From Acidobacteriota bacterium (GTDB lineage: Bacteria; Acidobacteriota; UBA6911; RPQK01; JAJDTT01): 64,000 nt of DNA. The notes beneath the pieces are model-generated. The model had not been told where the DNA came from, ran no database searches, and saw only the letters and a list, made by a program, of their open reading frames with translations. Position 1 is the stretch's first letter. The number at the start of each line of letters is the position of its first letter. A program made the position numbers and the translations under genes. The DNA lies in NCBI GenBank assembly GCA_965116695.1, contig OZ220706.1, positions 3,024,283-3,088,282 on the forward strand, given 5' to 3'. Positions 19,596-29,509 of this stretch are shown in pieces.

Positions 19596-20869
19596 TGATT
19601 CGGCGGCTCAAGCTGAAATGGGCCCGGGGAGAAATCGTCTGGCCGCTGATTCTACTGGTGTCCGCCGCGATTCTGGCCGCCCTGAGCGCCCTGGCGCGCT
19701 GGTCCGGTCAGGTCCATGCCGCGGCATTTCCGGCCCTGGTGTCGCTGATCTTCGCGTCCCTGGCCGCCGTGACGCTGGCGCCGTACGTGCTGTCCCGTTA
19801 CCGGAAGGACCTGCGGGAGCGGATTCCCACGCTATCCATCACTCATCGAGGGGCGTTCTTCCTCCTGTTGGTGACCGTGTTGGGATTCTCGTCCATGAAC
19901 TCGGGCAACAACCTTCTGGTTCTCCTGCTCTCTCTTCTGCTGGCCGCGCTGCTGGTCTCGGGACTGCTTTCCGCGTTGGTCCTGCACGGCTTGAAGGTGA
20001 GCATCAGCGTTCCGGAGACGATCCGGGCCCAGGACACCGCCACCTGCTTCGTCACTCTGCACAACCTGAAGCGCTGGATCCCGTCTTTCGCGCTGAAGCT
20101 GAGAGGCCGTCAGAAACGGGAAAAGGACTCCGCACCGGCGACGGATTTCTTCACCCGGGAGAAGGTCTTTCCCTACATCGGTGTCCGCTCCGACCTGAAA
20201 TTGACCCTGAAGTGCCTGTTCCGCCGGCGCGGCTCCTATCCGGTCGAAGGTTTCGAAGTTGGCACCAAGTTCCCCTTCGGCCTCTTTCATCGCATGAGAA
20301 TGTTGCGAACCCAGGGCTCCATCCTGGTCTATCCCGCGCTGATGAACCTGCGGACCCTGTTCTTCATCTATCCGGAACTGCAAGGGGCGGAGGCACTGAA
20401 CCTGAGAGGCCAAGGAGACAGCCTCTATGGGATCCGAAGGTACCAGAGCGGCGACAGCGCCCGGCTGGTGGACTGGAAATCGACCGCCAGGCTGGATCAA
20501 CTCATGGTCCGGGACTTCGTCGCCGAGAATCTAAACCTGATCGATCTGACTTTTCATCCCGAACTGAACGATCTCTCTCCCCGCAGCCTAAAACAGTTCG
20601 AAAAGGGGGTCTCCTGCGTGGCGGCCCTGGGAGACCACTACTGGCGGATGGGCCAAAAGTTCCGATTCACTTGCGGAGAAACTCTGATTCTCGTCGACGG
20701 CCGCAGGGACGGTTACGAGAGGTTCATGGAGTGCCTGGCGCTGGTCCAGCCGGTGAGCCCCCACCCGGAGCCCCTCGGGAATGCGCCGGCGCGAAACGGC
20801 ATCGAGGTCGCCGCGGGCCATCGGTGGGTTCCGCCGGGATCCGTGGCCATAGACTACTTGCGGATCTGA
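19595..20869 (+). CDS. DUF58 domain membrane protein (MoxR partner)
   Basis: N-terminal TM helices, GNNLL, TKFPFGL, IRRYQSGD..R.VDWKSTAR. Confidence 0.85.
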   Translation: MIRRLKLKWARGEIVWPLILLVSAAILAALSALARWSGQVHAAAFPALVSLIFASLAAVTLAPYVLSRYRKDLRERIPTLSITHRGAFFLLLVTVLGFSSMNSGNNLLVLLLSLLLAALLVSGLLSALVLHGLKVSISVPETIRAQDTATCFVTLHNLKRWIPSFALKLRGRQKREKDSAPATDFFTREKVFPYIGVRSDLKLTLKCLFRRRGSYPVEGFEVGTKFPFGLFHRMRMLRTQGSILVYPALMNLRTLFFIYPELQGAEALNLRGQGDSLYGIRRYQSGDSARLVDWKSTARLDQLMVRDFVAENLNLIDLTFHPELNDLSPRSLKQFEKGVSCVAALGDHYWRMGQKFRFTCGETLILVDGRRDGYERFMECLALVQPVSPHPEPLGNAPARNGIEVAAGHRWVPPGSVAIDYLRI

Positions 20870-20873
20870 CGCC

Positions 20874-22934
20874 ATGCGGTTCAAGACGATCCTGCATCTG
20901 ACCAGCTACGGACTGCAGGTGACGGGCGTGTCGACGCTCTACTCGTCCGGCGAAATCGGCGGCGGGATGCTGCTCGGCTACCTGGCCTGCCTGGGCGCCA
21001 CTCGATTGCTCCCCCGCATCCGGTTGGACGGCGCCGTTCAAGGCATCGTCTTCGGCGTCCTGCTGGCGCTGTTCGTCGTGGACGCCGTGATCTTTTCCCC
21101 CTTCGTTCCGGCGACGGCGCATCTGCTCATGCTCGTCAGCCTGGTGAGGCTCTGCAGCGCCCGCACCAAACGAGATTACCTGCTGCTGCTCTTCATCTCC
21201 TTCGCCTTCGTCCTGATCGCATCCACCGCCACCATTTCCGTCGTGTTTCCGGTCTGGGTCCTGGTGTTCCTTTTCCTGGCCGTGCTGGTGCTCATGTTGC
21301 TGGAGAGCAAGGAACCGTATGAGAATCACCGCAGACTCAGACTCGCGCTTCGCGGGCATCTGTGGACCGCCCTTCTTATTACGCTGCTGCTGGTTGCGGT
21401 TTCCGTCCCCATCTTTGTGGTCATTCCCCGGGGGACCCTGGGAGCGTTGCCGGCGAAGCGCGTTTCGGGCCATCTGAGCGGATTCTCCGAGAAGGTGAGC
21501 CTGGGAGAAATGGGAGAGATCCTCATCAACGAGGAGGTGGTGCTGCGTATCAAGGTGGACAAGCCGCCGCACCGGATGCCTTCGGAGCTGAAGTGGAGGG
21601 GCATCGCCTTCGATCACTACGACGGAAAGACCTGGTCCAGCACCCGGGGCCTCAGGCAGGTCGCGAGGGACGATCGCTACCAGGGGTTTCTGGTGGCCGG
21701 CCGGCGACGGCAGGAGGAATTCCTGATCCGCCAGACCATCCACCAGGAGCCGCTGACGCGAGTTCTGTTCGGGCTTCCCGACATCATTCTCATTTCCGGA
21801 CGGCTCCACAGGCCGTACGTTTTTCAGGACGGGAACCGTTCCTTCCGGACGGCCGGCGTCGGGGTCCGAACCTATACCGTCTTCTCCGACGTGATGACCC
21901 GGGACCAAAAACTCTCTCAAGTTCCGGTCCCGGTCTACCGACAGGCTCCGGGCCGGCACTATCTCCAGCTCCCCGAGTTGGACCCGGAGGTCGGGCGCCT
22001 GGCCCGGCGCATCACTTCGGGAGTCACCGACCCCATTCACAAAGCCTTCATGGTGGAACAGTTCCTGAAGGAGAACTACCAGTACTCTCTCGAGAACACC
22101 TCGGCCTCCAGCCGCGACCCGCTCTACGATTTCCTGTTCGAATCGCGGGCGGGACACTGCGAATATTTCGCCACGGCCCAGGCCGTCCTGCTGCGAGCGT
22201 TGGGCATTCCGACCCGGGTGGTCAACGGATTCAAGCGGGGAGACTACAACCGGTGGAACGGTTACTTCATGGTTCGCCATTCCGATGCCCACAGTTGGGT
22301 CGAAGCCTATTTCCCGGGACGGGAGTGGATCGAGTTCGACGCCACCCCGGCAGTCGCCGCCGGCGCCTCTCTCCCGGTTCTTGCCGCATTTCGCGAGTTG
22401 CTGGACGCCATCGATCTGGCGTGGCTGGACGTGGTCACCTTCGACCACCTGAAACAGTACGGCCTGTTCCAAACGCTGGGCGATTCGTGGAATGAGAGCT
22501 GGGGCAACTCGCGGCGGCGCACGCTGGCCGCCTGGTCCGACTGGGTCGCCGGAGTCACCTGGCAACGGGCGGGGCTCGTGGCGGCGGCCGTTCTGGTTTC
22601 GGCACTGCTCCTGGTTCGAACCGGTCCGCGGCTTTGGAGGAGGGTACGGGCCGGATGGGCCGGAAGGAGATGGGCCCGAAGTTCCGCCACGTCGATACCC
22701 GACTACTATCTGGAACTGATCCGGATTCTGGAAGCGCGGGGACTCGTCCGGAAGAGGTCCGAGACTCCCGGAGAATTCGCGGGGAGAATCGGTGGCGCAC
22801 TGAAAAGCACCGCGCCCCAGAGATTGACGGAGATCTACTATAGGAACCGCTTCGGCGGACTGGATCCCAGTCCTTCCGAACTGCTGGAAATCCGGGTCTC
22901 CCTCGATTCGCTGCGGCGTCCCGGCGGAATCTGA
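20874..22934 (+). CDS. DUF3488/transglutaminase domain membrane protein (TgpA-like)
   Basis: TM N-terminus, KWRG..FD.YDG..W, catalytic GHCEYFA, HSWVE, W.EFDATP, C-terminal ETPGEFA. Confidence 0.9.
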   Translation: MRFKTILHLTSYGLQVTGVSTLYSSGEIGGGMLLGYLACLGATRLLPRIRLDGAVQGIVFGVLLALFVVDAVIFSPFVPATAHLLMLVSLVRLCSARTKRDYLLLLFISFAFVLIASTATISVVFPVWVLVFLFLAVLVLMLLESKEPYENHRRLRLALRGHLWTALLITLLLVAVSVPIFVVIPRGTLGALPAKRVSGHLSGFSEKVSLGEMGEILINEEVVLRIKVDKPPHRMPSELKWRGIAFDHYDGKTWSSTRGLRQVARDDRYQGFLVAGRRRQEEFLIRQTIHQEPLTRVLFGLPDIILISGRLHRPYVFQDGNRSFRTAGVGVRTYTVFSDVMTRDQKLSQVPVPVYRQAPGRHYLQLPELDPEVGRLARRITSGVTDPIHKAFMVEQFLKENYQYSLENTSASSRDPLYDFLFESRAGHCEYFATAQAVLLRALGIPTRVVNGFKRGDYNRWNGYFMVRHSDAHSWVEAYFPGREWIEFDATPAVAAGASLPVLAAFRELLDAIDLAWLDVVTFDHLKQYGLFQTLGDSWNESWGNSRRRTLAAWSDWVAGVTWQRAGLVAAAVLVSALLLVRTGPRLWRRVRAGWAGRRWARSSATSIPDYYLELIRILEARGLVRKRSETPGEFAGRIGGALKSTAPQRLTEIYYRNRFGGLDPSPSELLEIRVSLDSLRRPGGI

Positions 22935-22981
22935 AATATTTGCTCGCGCCAGAGGCGCGGTTCGGATAGAAGGTTCAGGAC

Positions 22982-23155
22982 ATGAGTCGAAATACCTCCA
23001 AGTGTCCCGTCTGCAGACGAAGGGTGAAGGGGGACGACCCCCAATTCCCCTTCTGTAGCAAGCACTGCAGGTTCGTGGACCTGGGCCGTTGGTTCGGCGA
23101 GGAATATCGAATCCGCCGACAGACCGGGAAGGACGCGGAAGAAAAGAATGCGTGA
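22982..23155 (+). CDS. yacG: DNA gyrase inhibitor YacG (57 aa, absent from the ORF track)
   Basis: Manual translation MSRNTSKCPVCRRRVKGDDPQFPFCSKHCRFVDLGRWFGEEYRI...; CxxC...PFCS..C...DLG.W..E.Y.I signature. Confidence 0.9.
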   Translation: MSRNTSKCPVCRRRVKGDDPQFPFCSKHCRFVDLGRWFGEEYRIRRQTGKDAEEKNA

Positions 23156-23621
23156 TAACGGATGGCTCGCACACACCCTGGCCACCGCGTTCGGTCTCGG
23201 GTACATCCCGTACATTCCGGGAACGTTCGTGTCGCTGGTCACCGCCCTGGCCGTCGCCCTGCTGCACCGGGCTTCCGACTCGGCCACGCTGCAACTCGGC
23301 GCGGCGCTGTTGCTGCTTCTGCCTGTCAGCATCTGGGCATCGGCGCGCGTCGCCCGCCGGGAAGCCAGGTCCGACCCCTCGCACGTCGTCATCGACGAGG
23401 TGGCGGGACAGGTTTTCTGCCTTCTCTGGGTGCCGTTTTCCTGGACGTTCCTGGCCCTGGGCTTCGTGGCGTTTCGGGCCTTCGACATTCTGAAACCCTA
23501 TCCCATCAAGAAAGTGGAGCGACTCCGGGGAGGCATGGGAATCGTGGGTGACGACCTGATCGCCGGCCTCTACGCGGGCCTCCTGCTGAGGATCGTCTAC
23601 GCCTTCACCTCTCAGGCATGA
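23148..23621 (+). CDS. pgpA: Phosphatidylglycerophosphatase A
   Basis: G.G.....PGT, DP..VVIDEVAG, FRAFDILKP.PI, GIVGDDLIAG. Confidence 0.93.
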   Translation: MRDNGWLAHTLATAFGLGYIPYIPGTFVSLVTALAVALLHRASDSATLQLGAALLLLLPVSIWASARVARREARSDPSHVVIDEVAGQVFCLLWVPFSWTFLALGFVAFRAFDILKPYPIKKVERLRGGMGIVGDDLIAGLYAGLLLRIVYAFTSQA

Positions 23622-23640
23622 GCCGGTAACCGGAGACGGC

Positions 23641-24147
23641 ATGGATTCGGCGCCGGGAGCATTGAATCGCATTCAGGAGGAGGCCCTCGAGTCGGTGGTG
23701 GGACGCTTGCTGAGACGGCAGGGGAAGACTCTGGCCACCGCCGAGTCGTGTACGGGCGGCTACCTGGGCAAGCTCTTGACCGACGTTCCGGGCAGCTCCG
23801 ATTTCTACCGGGGCGGAATCATCAGCTACAGCAACGCTCTCAAGATGCGGCATCTCAAGGTGAGGCCGGAGGTGCTGGATCGATGGGGCGCGGTCAGCGA
23901 ACCGGTCGCCCGTCAGATGGCCCGGGAGGTCCGGAACTGGAGCGGCGCCGATCTGGGCGTCTCGGTAACCGGGATCGCAGGCCCCTCCGGGGGAAGTCCC
24001 GAAAAGCCGGTGGGCCTGGTCTATCTGGGTCTTTCCGATTCCGCCGGGACCCGGGTCCGGAAGCTCTTGCTGGAGGGGGACCGTGAGGGCATCCGGACGA
24101 GCACATGCCGGATCGCCCTGGACTGGATCCGAAGGCGCCTGACGTGA
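23641..24147 (+). CDS. pncC: CinA C-terminal domain / NMN amidohydrolase (PncC-like)
   Basis: AESCTGG, PGSS, YSN, GAVSE, VTGIAGP.GG...KPVG; lacks the CinA N-terminal domain. Confidence 0.85.
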   Translation: MDSAPGALNRIQEEALESVVGRLLRRQGKTLATAESCTGGYLGKLLTDVPGSSDFYRGGIISYSNALKMRHLKVRPEVLDRWGAVSEPVARQMAREVRNWSGADLGVSVTGIAGPSGGSPEKPVGLVYLGLSDSAGTRVRKLLLEGDREGIRTSTCRIALDWIRRRLT

Positions 24148-24752
24148 TCCGCGCCTTCATCGCCGTCGACGTTCCGCCGGAAGTCAAGGACCACTTGAGC
24201 TCCGTTTCGGCCGCGCTCGGCTCCTTGGATCTGGACGCCCGGCTGGCTCCGGTTTCGTCCATCCACCTGACCCTTCGTTTCCTGGGGAACGTCGAGGAGT
24301 TCCGTGTCCCCGGGATTGGAGACGCGATTCGCCGTTGCGCGCGGCGGGTGCCGCCCTTCCCTCTTGCGGTCCGAACCCTGGGCGCTTTCCCCAGCCGGAA
24401 ACGGCCTCGCATCGTCTGGGCCGGAGTCGCCGGTGACGGAGGCCTGGAACATCTGCACGGTCTGCTGGAACCCGAGTTGAAAAAGCTTGGATTCGACCGC
24501 GAGAGAAAGAAATTCAGGCCCCACCTGACATTGCTCCGCCTGAAGTCCTCCCGCAATCTGAAGCGGCTGTCGAGTTACCTCGAGACGGAAGGGCAAGCAA
24601 CGGGACCGGTCTCGTTTCTCGTCCGCAGGATCCACCTTTACGAGAGCCGGCTGTCCAGCCGGGGAGCACGGCACGAGAAGTTGGCGACCGCGGAACTGGC
24701 CGCCGGATCGACCAGGCCTTCGGCAACCCGAAGATCCCGACATCCTCAATGA
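24144..24752 (+). CDS. thpR: RNA 2',3'-cyclic phosphodiesterase
   Basis: RAFIA, HLTLRFLG, F.PHLTL (two HxT motifs); GTGA overlap. Confidence 0.92.
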   Translation: MIRAFIAVDVPPEVKDHLSSVSAALGSLDLDARLAPVSSIHLTLRFLGNVEEFRVPGIGDAIRRCARRVPPFPLAVRTLGAFPSRKRPRIVWAGVAGDGGLEHLHGLLEPELKKLGFDRERKKFRPHLTLLRLKSSRNLKRLSSYLETEGQATGPVSFLVRRIHLYESRLSSRGARHEKLATAELAAGSTRPSATRRSRHPQ

Positions 24753-24802
24753 GGCCTCCACGGCGATCATGGCCCCCGCCGGCCCATATGGTGGTGACTC
24801 CG

Positions 24803-25576
24803 TCAGCCGGCTCGCTCGTACACCAGGTGGCGCACGCCCCATTCGATCCTGTCCATGGAGGCCGAACGCCGGAGTTGTTCGAGTCGAGTGGCGAGGCGAT
24901 CCAGAAAACGCTCATCGGTATTGGCGACAACGAATCGGTCGGTCCTCCAGGCAGCCAAGTTCATGGAGAACATGCTTGCGGCTGCTCCCGTGGATACCGG
25001 CAGCCGGTAGACCTCGCTCGACAAGCGCCGCAAATCCGTGGGATCGGCAGCGCCGTGCAGACACGGTCCCAGATAGAGCTCCCCGCCACTGTCCGCGATC
25101 AACCGCTCCACCACGGACAGATAGGTCGAAAATACGGGATGTTCGGTCTTGATGGTCTCCACTTCAGCGACGGCAACCAAACCCCGGGGAGCCAACTCAT
25201 TCGCCCACGCCGCCAGAACGCCCGCAGGATCCGGGAGATGAGCCAAGACCAGCCGGGCCAGGATGAAATCCGGGCTCCTGACGGGGAACGGCGTCTGTGT
25301 CACATCGTGCTCCACGAACTCGAGATCCGGAAATCCGGTCCGGGCCGATCGCACGAAACTCCGGGATAGATCCACTCCCACAATTCTCCGCGGCTGGAGG
25401 ACGTCCATGAGCAGCCGGGTCGTGAATCCGGGGCCGCATCCGAGATCGAGGGCCAGCCGAACCGGTCGTTTCGGAAGCGTTGCCAGAAGTACACGCATCT
25501 CCGGCTCGAAGGCTTCCGCGAGAAGGGCAAGCCTCGCCTCTGCCAGACCGGTATCGCGGAAGGAATAGCGATTCAT
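24803..25576 (-). CDS. Class I SAM-dependent methyltransferase
   Basis: LDLGCGPG, GVDLS, HDVT, RLVLAHLPD, LAPRG; RBS GGAGG. Confidence 0.85.
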   Translation of the reverse strand: MNRYSFRDTGLAEARLALLAEAFEPEMRVLLATLPKRPVRLALDLGCGPGFTTRLLMDVLQPRRIVGVDLSRSFVRSARTGFPDLEFVEHDVTQTPFPVRSPDFILARLVLAHLPDPAGVLAAWANELAPRGLVAVAEVETIKTEHPVFSTYLSVVERLIADSGGELYLGPCLHGAADPTDLRRLSSEVYRLPVSTGAAASMFSMNLAAWRTDRFVVANTDERFLDRLATRLEQLRRSASMDRIEWGVRHLVYERAG

Positions 25577-25642
25577 CCGACGAGCCTCCGGACGCGCGCC
25601 GCCGGATTGACCCCGGCGAGTTCCAGCCGGTAGTCTTAGCCG

Positions 25643-25849
25643 ATGGCAATCAACCCGGAGTTGCTGGAAATTCTGGCCTGCCCGGCCTGCAAGGCCAAGG
25701 TGTTCCTGACTCCGGACGGCAACGGATTGAAGTGCGGCGCCTGTTTCCTGGTCTTTCCCATCCGCGACGATATCCCGGTGATGCTCATCGACGAGGCCGT
25801 CACCGAGCCGCCGGAAGGTCCGTCCTCGACCGATCAAGCCGGGGGATGA
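25643..25849 (+). CDS. Trm112/YcaR family protein
   Basis: LLEILACP.CK...C..C...FPIRDDIPVMLIDEA. Confidence 0.92.
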   Translation: MAINPELLEILACPACKAKVFLTPDGNGLKCGACFLVFPIRDDIPVMLIDEAVTEPPEGPSSTDQAGG

Positions 25850-26874
25850 CCCGCCGCTCCCGCGTCCTTCTGGTGCGCCTGCGCTCTCTGGGGGATGCGG
25901 TCCTCATGACCCCGGCTCTCACGGTTCTCAAACGAAATCCGGGCACTCGGGTGGCTGTGCTCCTGGAGGCCCCGTTTCACGAAGTCCTGGCGAACAATCC
26001 CGACGTGGATCGGATCATTGCCGTCCCCCGCGGCGGATCCAAGCTCCTGACCCGAAGCCTGGCCGTTCGGGCGGCCCGCGGCTTCTCGCCGGACCTGACC
26101 GTCGACCTCCATGGCGGGACCACCAGCTCTCTCATCACCGCCCTATCGGGGGCGTCCGTGCGCCTCGGCTACGCCAGCAGCCGCAGCAACCGCTTCTACA
26201 ACCGAACCGTCCCCGATTCACGGCAGATCTGGGGCAAGGATTCGATCCACACCGTCGAGCATCAGCTTTCGCCCTTCAAACATCTCGGATTCCAGATCGA
26301 TCCCATACCGCCGCTCCAGGTTCCCGTCGGCACCGCGGCCCTGGAGCAGGTTCGGACGCTCCTGTCCCGGCGCGGCATCGGGGAAGGTTTCCTCCTGGTT
26401 CACCCGGGCGCCGCCTTCGATACCAAGCAATGGGAACCGGCCAGGTTTGCGGAAACCGCGGCGCTTCTGGAGCGTGAGGGACACCCCATCGTCTTCACGG
26501 CGGGCCCGGGCGAGAAGCCGCTCCTGGAGGATCTCAGGAAGACCGCTCCCGCCTCGGCTCATTTCGTGGGGCCGTTTCCGCTGGACCGGTTCATCGCCCT
26601 GGCCTCCCTGTGCCGCCTCTATCTGGGAAACGACACGGGCACGACCCACATCGCCGCGGCCCTGCGCAAGCCCCTGGTGGTCATCTTCGGGTCTTCCGAC
26701 TCCCCCGTCTGGTCTCCGTGGGGGACCCGCCACCGCTTGATTCGCTCCGACCTCCCGTGCATCCCTTGCCCTGGCTATTACTGTCTTCACTACCAGGAGC
26801 CCATGTGCATCCGGTCCATCACCGTCCCCCGCGTCCTGGAGGCGGTCCGGTCGCTCCTTCGTGAATCCGGTTGA
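25846..26874 (+). CDS. Glycosyltransferase family 9 (LPS heptosyltransferase-like)
   Basis: RLRSLGDAV, DLHG, HPGA...KQW, GNDTG..HIAAAL, FG.S...W.P. Confidence 0.9.
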   Translation: MTRRSRVLLVRLRSLGDAVLMTPALTVLKRNPGTRVAVLLEAPFHEVLANNPDVDRIIAVPRGGSKLLTRSLAVRAARGFSPDLTVDLHGGTTSSLITALSGASVRLGYASSRSNRFYNRTVPDSRQIWGKDSIHTVEHQLSPFKHLGFQIDPIPPLQVPVGTAALEQVRTLLSRRGIGEGFLLVHPGAAFDTKQWEPARFAETAALLEREGHPIVFTAGPGEKPLLEDLRKTAPASAHFVGPFPLDRFIALASLCRLYLGNDTGTTHIAAALRKPLVVIFGSSDSPVWSPWGTRHRLIRSDLPCIPCPGYYCLHYQEPMCIRSITVPRVLEAVRSLLRESG

Positions 26875-26912
26875 CCGGAATCTCCCGGTCTTGCCGCCTC
26901 GCCGAAACCGGC

Positions 26913-27305
26913 TCAGACGGACCGGTTCAGAAACCGGATGATTTCCCGGGTCGAGGATCCCGGCTGAAAGATCTCGGCCACCCCCAGTTCCTTGAGGCCG
27001 GGAATGTCTTCGTCCGGGATGATGCCGCCTCCGAAGACCAGGATGTCCAGGGCATCCTGGTCGGCCAAAAGCTGCATGATCCGCTTGAAGAGGTGCTCGT
27101 GAGCACCCGAGAGAATGGATAGCCCAATGGCGTCCACGTCCTCCTGGATGGCCGCCTGCACGATCTGCTCGGGAGTCTGGCGCAACCCGGTGTAGATGAC
27201 CTCCATGCCGGCGTCGCGGAGAGCGCGGGCCACGATCTTGGCGCCCCGGTCGTGCCCGTCGAGCCCCGGCTTGGCGATGAGAATCCTGAGTCTACGGTTG
27301 CTCAT
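26913..27305 (-). CDS. Cobalamin-binding small subunit of acyl-CoA mutase (IcmB-like)
   Basis: [22 protein letters not shown]. Confidence 0.93.
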   Translation of the reverse strand: MSNRRLRILIAKPGLDGHDRGAKIVARALRDAGMEVIYTGLRQTPEQIVQAAIQEDVDAIGLSILSGAHEHLFKRIMQLLADQDALDILVFGGGIIPDEDIPGLKELGVAEIFQPGSSTREIIRFLNRSV

Positions 27306-27318
27306 TCCGTCTGAATCC

Positions 27319-28890
27319 TCAGAACAGGGGTTCCCGATAAACGCCGAAGACCTCCTTCAGGGAGGTCGAGATCTCTCCCACGGTGGCGTATTCCCGGACC
27401 GCATGAAGCAGATGGGGCATCAGATTCTCGTCGGTCCGGGCGGCCCGGTTCAAGTCGCGGAGGGCCCGGCTGACGCTTGCCTGGTTCCGCTCTCGCCGCA
27501 GGACCCGGAGGCTCTCGATCTGAGCGTCCTCCACTTCCGGCCCGATACGGAGAATCTCCGGCCGGGAGGGCTCGTCGGTGACGAAGCGATTCACGCCCAC
27601 CACCACCTGTTCCTCCTTCTCGATGGCGCGTTGCTCCCGGTAGGAGGCGTCCTGGATCTCGCGCTGAGGGTACCCCGCCTCGATGGCGTTGATCATTCCT
27701 CCCATCTCGTCGATCCGGTCCATGTACTCCACCGCCCGATCCTCGACCTGGCAGGTGAGGTTCTCCAGGTAATAGGACCCGCCCGCCGGGTCCACGCTCG
27801 CGGTGAGGCCCGACTCGTAGGCCAGAACCTGTTGAGTCCGAAGAGCGATCTTGGCCGTCTCCTCGGTGGGAAGCGCCCACGCCTCGTCCAGGGCGTTGGT
27901 GTGAAGCGAATTGGTCCCTCCCAGAACCGCGGCCACCGCCTGCAGCGTGGTCCGGATGATGTTGTTGGCCGGTTGCTGCATGGTCAACGTGCAACCGGCG
28001 GTCTGAGTGTGGAACCGGCACATCCACGACCGCTCGTTCAGAGCCCCGAAGCGTTTCCTCAAGGTACGCGCCCAGAGCCTCCGGGCGGCCCGGAACTTGG
28101 CGATCTCCTCGAAGAAGTTGTTGTGGGAGTTGAAGAAGAAGGAGAGGCGGGGTGCGAAGTCATCCACCTCCATGCCGCGGCGAACGCACCAGTCCACGTA
28201 TTCGATGCCGTCCCGCAACGTGAAGGCCAGTTCCTGGACCGCCGTGGAGCCGGCTTCGCGAATGTGGTACCCGCTGATGGAAATGCTATTGTATCGGGGA
28301 AGCTGCTGCGAGCAGAACTGGATCGAATCCACGACCAGGCGCATGGACGGGGCGGGAGGATAGATCCACTCCTTCTGTGCGATGTATTCCTTCAAGATGT
28401 CGTTCTGGAGCGTGCCCCGGATTCGGCGGGCCGCGACTCCCTGCTTCTCCGCCGCCACCACGTACATGGCCAGGAGGACGGCCGCCGGTGCGTTGATGGT
28501 CATGGAGGTGCTCACCCGGGCCAGATCGATGCGGTCGAAGAGGACCTCCATGTCCCGGAGAGAGTCGACGGCAACGCCGCATTTTCCGACTTCCCCGGCC
28601 GAGAGGGGATCATCCGAGTCCAGACCCATCAGGGTGGGCAGATCGAACGCAACGGAGAGGCCGGTCTGTCCGTGCTCCAGGAGGAAACGATACCGGCGAT
28701 TGGTTTCTTCGGCGCTTCCATGGCCGGAGAATTGGCGCATGGTCCAGAGACGTCCCCGGTACATGTTCGGGTAGATGCCCCGTGTGTAGGGGTACCTTCC
28801 AGGCTCGCCGATGTCCCGGCGGTAATCCAGTTCGGCCACGTCCGCCGCCCCGAAGGCGGATGATCCGGTTCTGAATCGGCTCCTCTTCAC
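27319..28890 (-). CDS. Acyl-CoA mutase large subunit, methylmalonyl-CoA mutase family (isobutyryl-CoA mutase-type residues)
   Basis: [61 protein letters not shown]. Confidence 0.93.
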   Translation of the reverse strand: MKRSRFRTGSSAFGAADVAELDYRRDIGEPGRYPYTRGIYPNMYRGRLWTMRQFSGHGSAEETNRRYRFLLEHGQTGLSVAFDLPTLMGLDSDDPLSAGEVGKCGVAVDSLRDMEVLFDRIDLARVSTSMTINAPAAVLLAMYVVAAEKQGVAARRIRGTLQNDILKEYIAQKEWIYPPAPSMRLVVDSIQFCSQQLPRYNSISISGYHIREAGSTAVQELAFTLRDGIEYVDWCVRRGMEVDDFAPRLSFFFNSHNNFFEEIAKFRAARRLWARTLRKRFGALNERSWMCRFHTQTAGCTLTMQQPANNIIRTTLQAVAAVLGGTNSLHTNALDEAWALPTEETAKIALRTQQVLAYESGLTASVDPAGGSYYLENLTCQVEDRAVEYMDRIDEMGGMINAIEAGYPQREIQDASYREQRAIEKEEQVVVGVNRFVTDEPSRPEILRIGPEVEDAQIESLRVLRRERNQASVSRALRDLNRAARTDENLMPHLLHAVREYATVGEISTSLKEVFGVYREPLF

Positions 28891-29004
28891 GGACCATTCT
28901 CCCCCACTGTCGCCGGAGCCGCTGCTTCCACCTCGCGGGCCATTTCCGTGAGTTCCGATCTCCGGCGATTTCTGACGCCCCGTAACGTTACTCCTTTTTC
29001 CCGG

Positions 29005-29161
29005 TGTTGAAAACGAGTCTCCGGGCGAAACGCCAGGAACCGCAATCTCGGCGTGGACAGGTTGTCCACGGATTTTGTGGAAAGGCCGGTGGAAAATGTT
29101 GTGAAGACACGATTCAAGCGGTTGTCAAATGGGGATTTTCTTCATTTTGCATCTTTTTTGT
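29005..29161. promoter_or_regulatory. Cluster of DnaA-box-like 9-mers plus T-rich tract (candidate oriC or DnaA-binding locus)
   Basis: TGTTGAAAA 29005, CGTGGACAG 29052, TTGTCCACG 29062, TGTGGAAAG 29076, GGTGGAAAA 29088, TGTGAAGAC 29100; T-rich tract ~29135-29161. Confidence 0.5.
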
Positions 29162-29233
29162 GCAGTCTCTCAAGGCCCGGCCTCCCCCGAAGCGGCGCGA
29201 GACTTTCGCCACAGGCTGTTACACTGAATTGCA

Positions 29234-29503
29234 ATGTCCACTTCGGATCGTGAAGATCTGATTCAAGAGGAGAATCGGAGACTCCGGCGCATGCGCTTTC
29301 TGGTCGATCTGACGCTCAGCGTGCTGTACCAGGACCCCAGGTTGACATTGAGCGAAGCCCGACAGATGGTGCGGCGGACCGAGAGAGCCGTCCTGGGCAT
29401 GTTTCCGGACAAGGAGTTCACCTTCCACCTGTTGCTCATGCCGCGTTTCGAGAGAGTCCTCAGGAAACGTTGGGGAGAGGGGATGGAGCCCACCATCCAC
29501 TGA
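29234..29503 (+). CDS. Small helical hypothetical protein upstream of dtd
   Basis: Clean 89-aa ORF, 6 bp before dtd; resembles small proteins I recall from Acidobacteria (EE.RRLRR...Q...LT..EA...A.L.MFP.KE..F.L...PR). Confidence 0.7.
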   Translation: MSTSDREDLIQEENRRLRRMRFLVDLTLSVLYQDPRLTLSEARQMVRRTERAVLGMFPDKEFTFHLLLMPRFERVLRKRWGEGMEPTIH

Positions 29504-29509
29504 GTCTCC

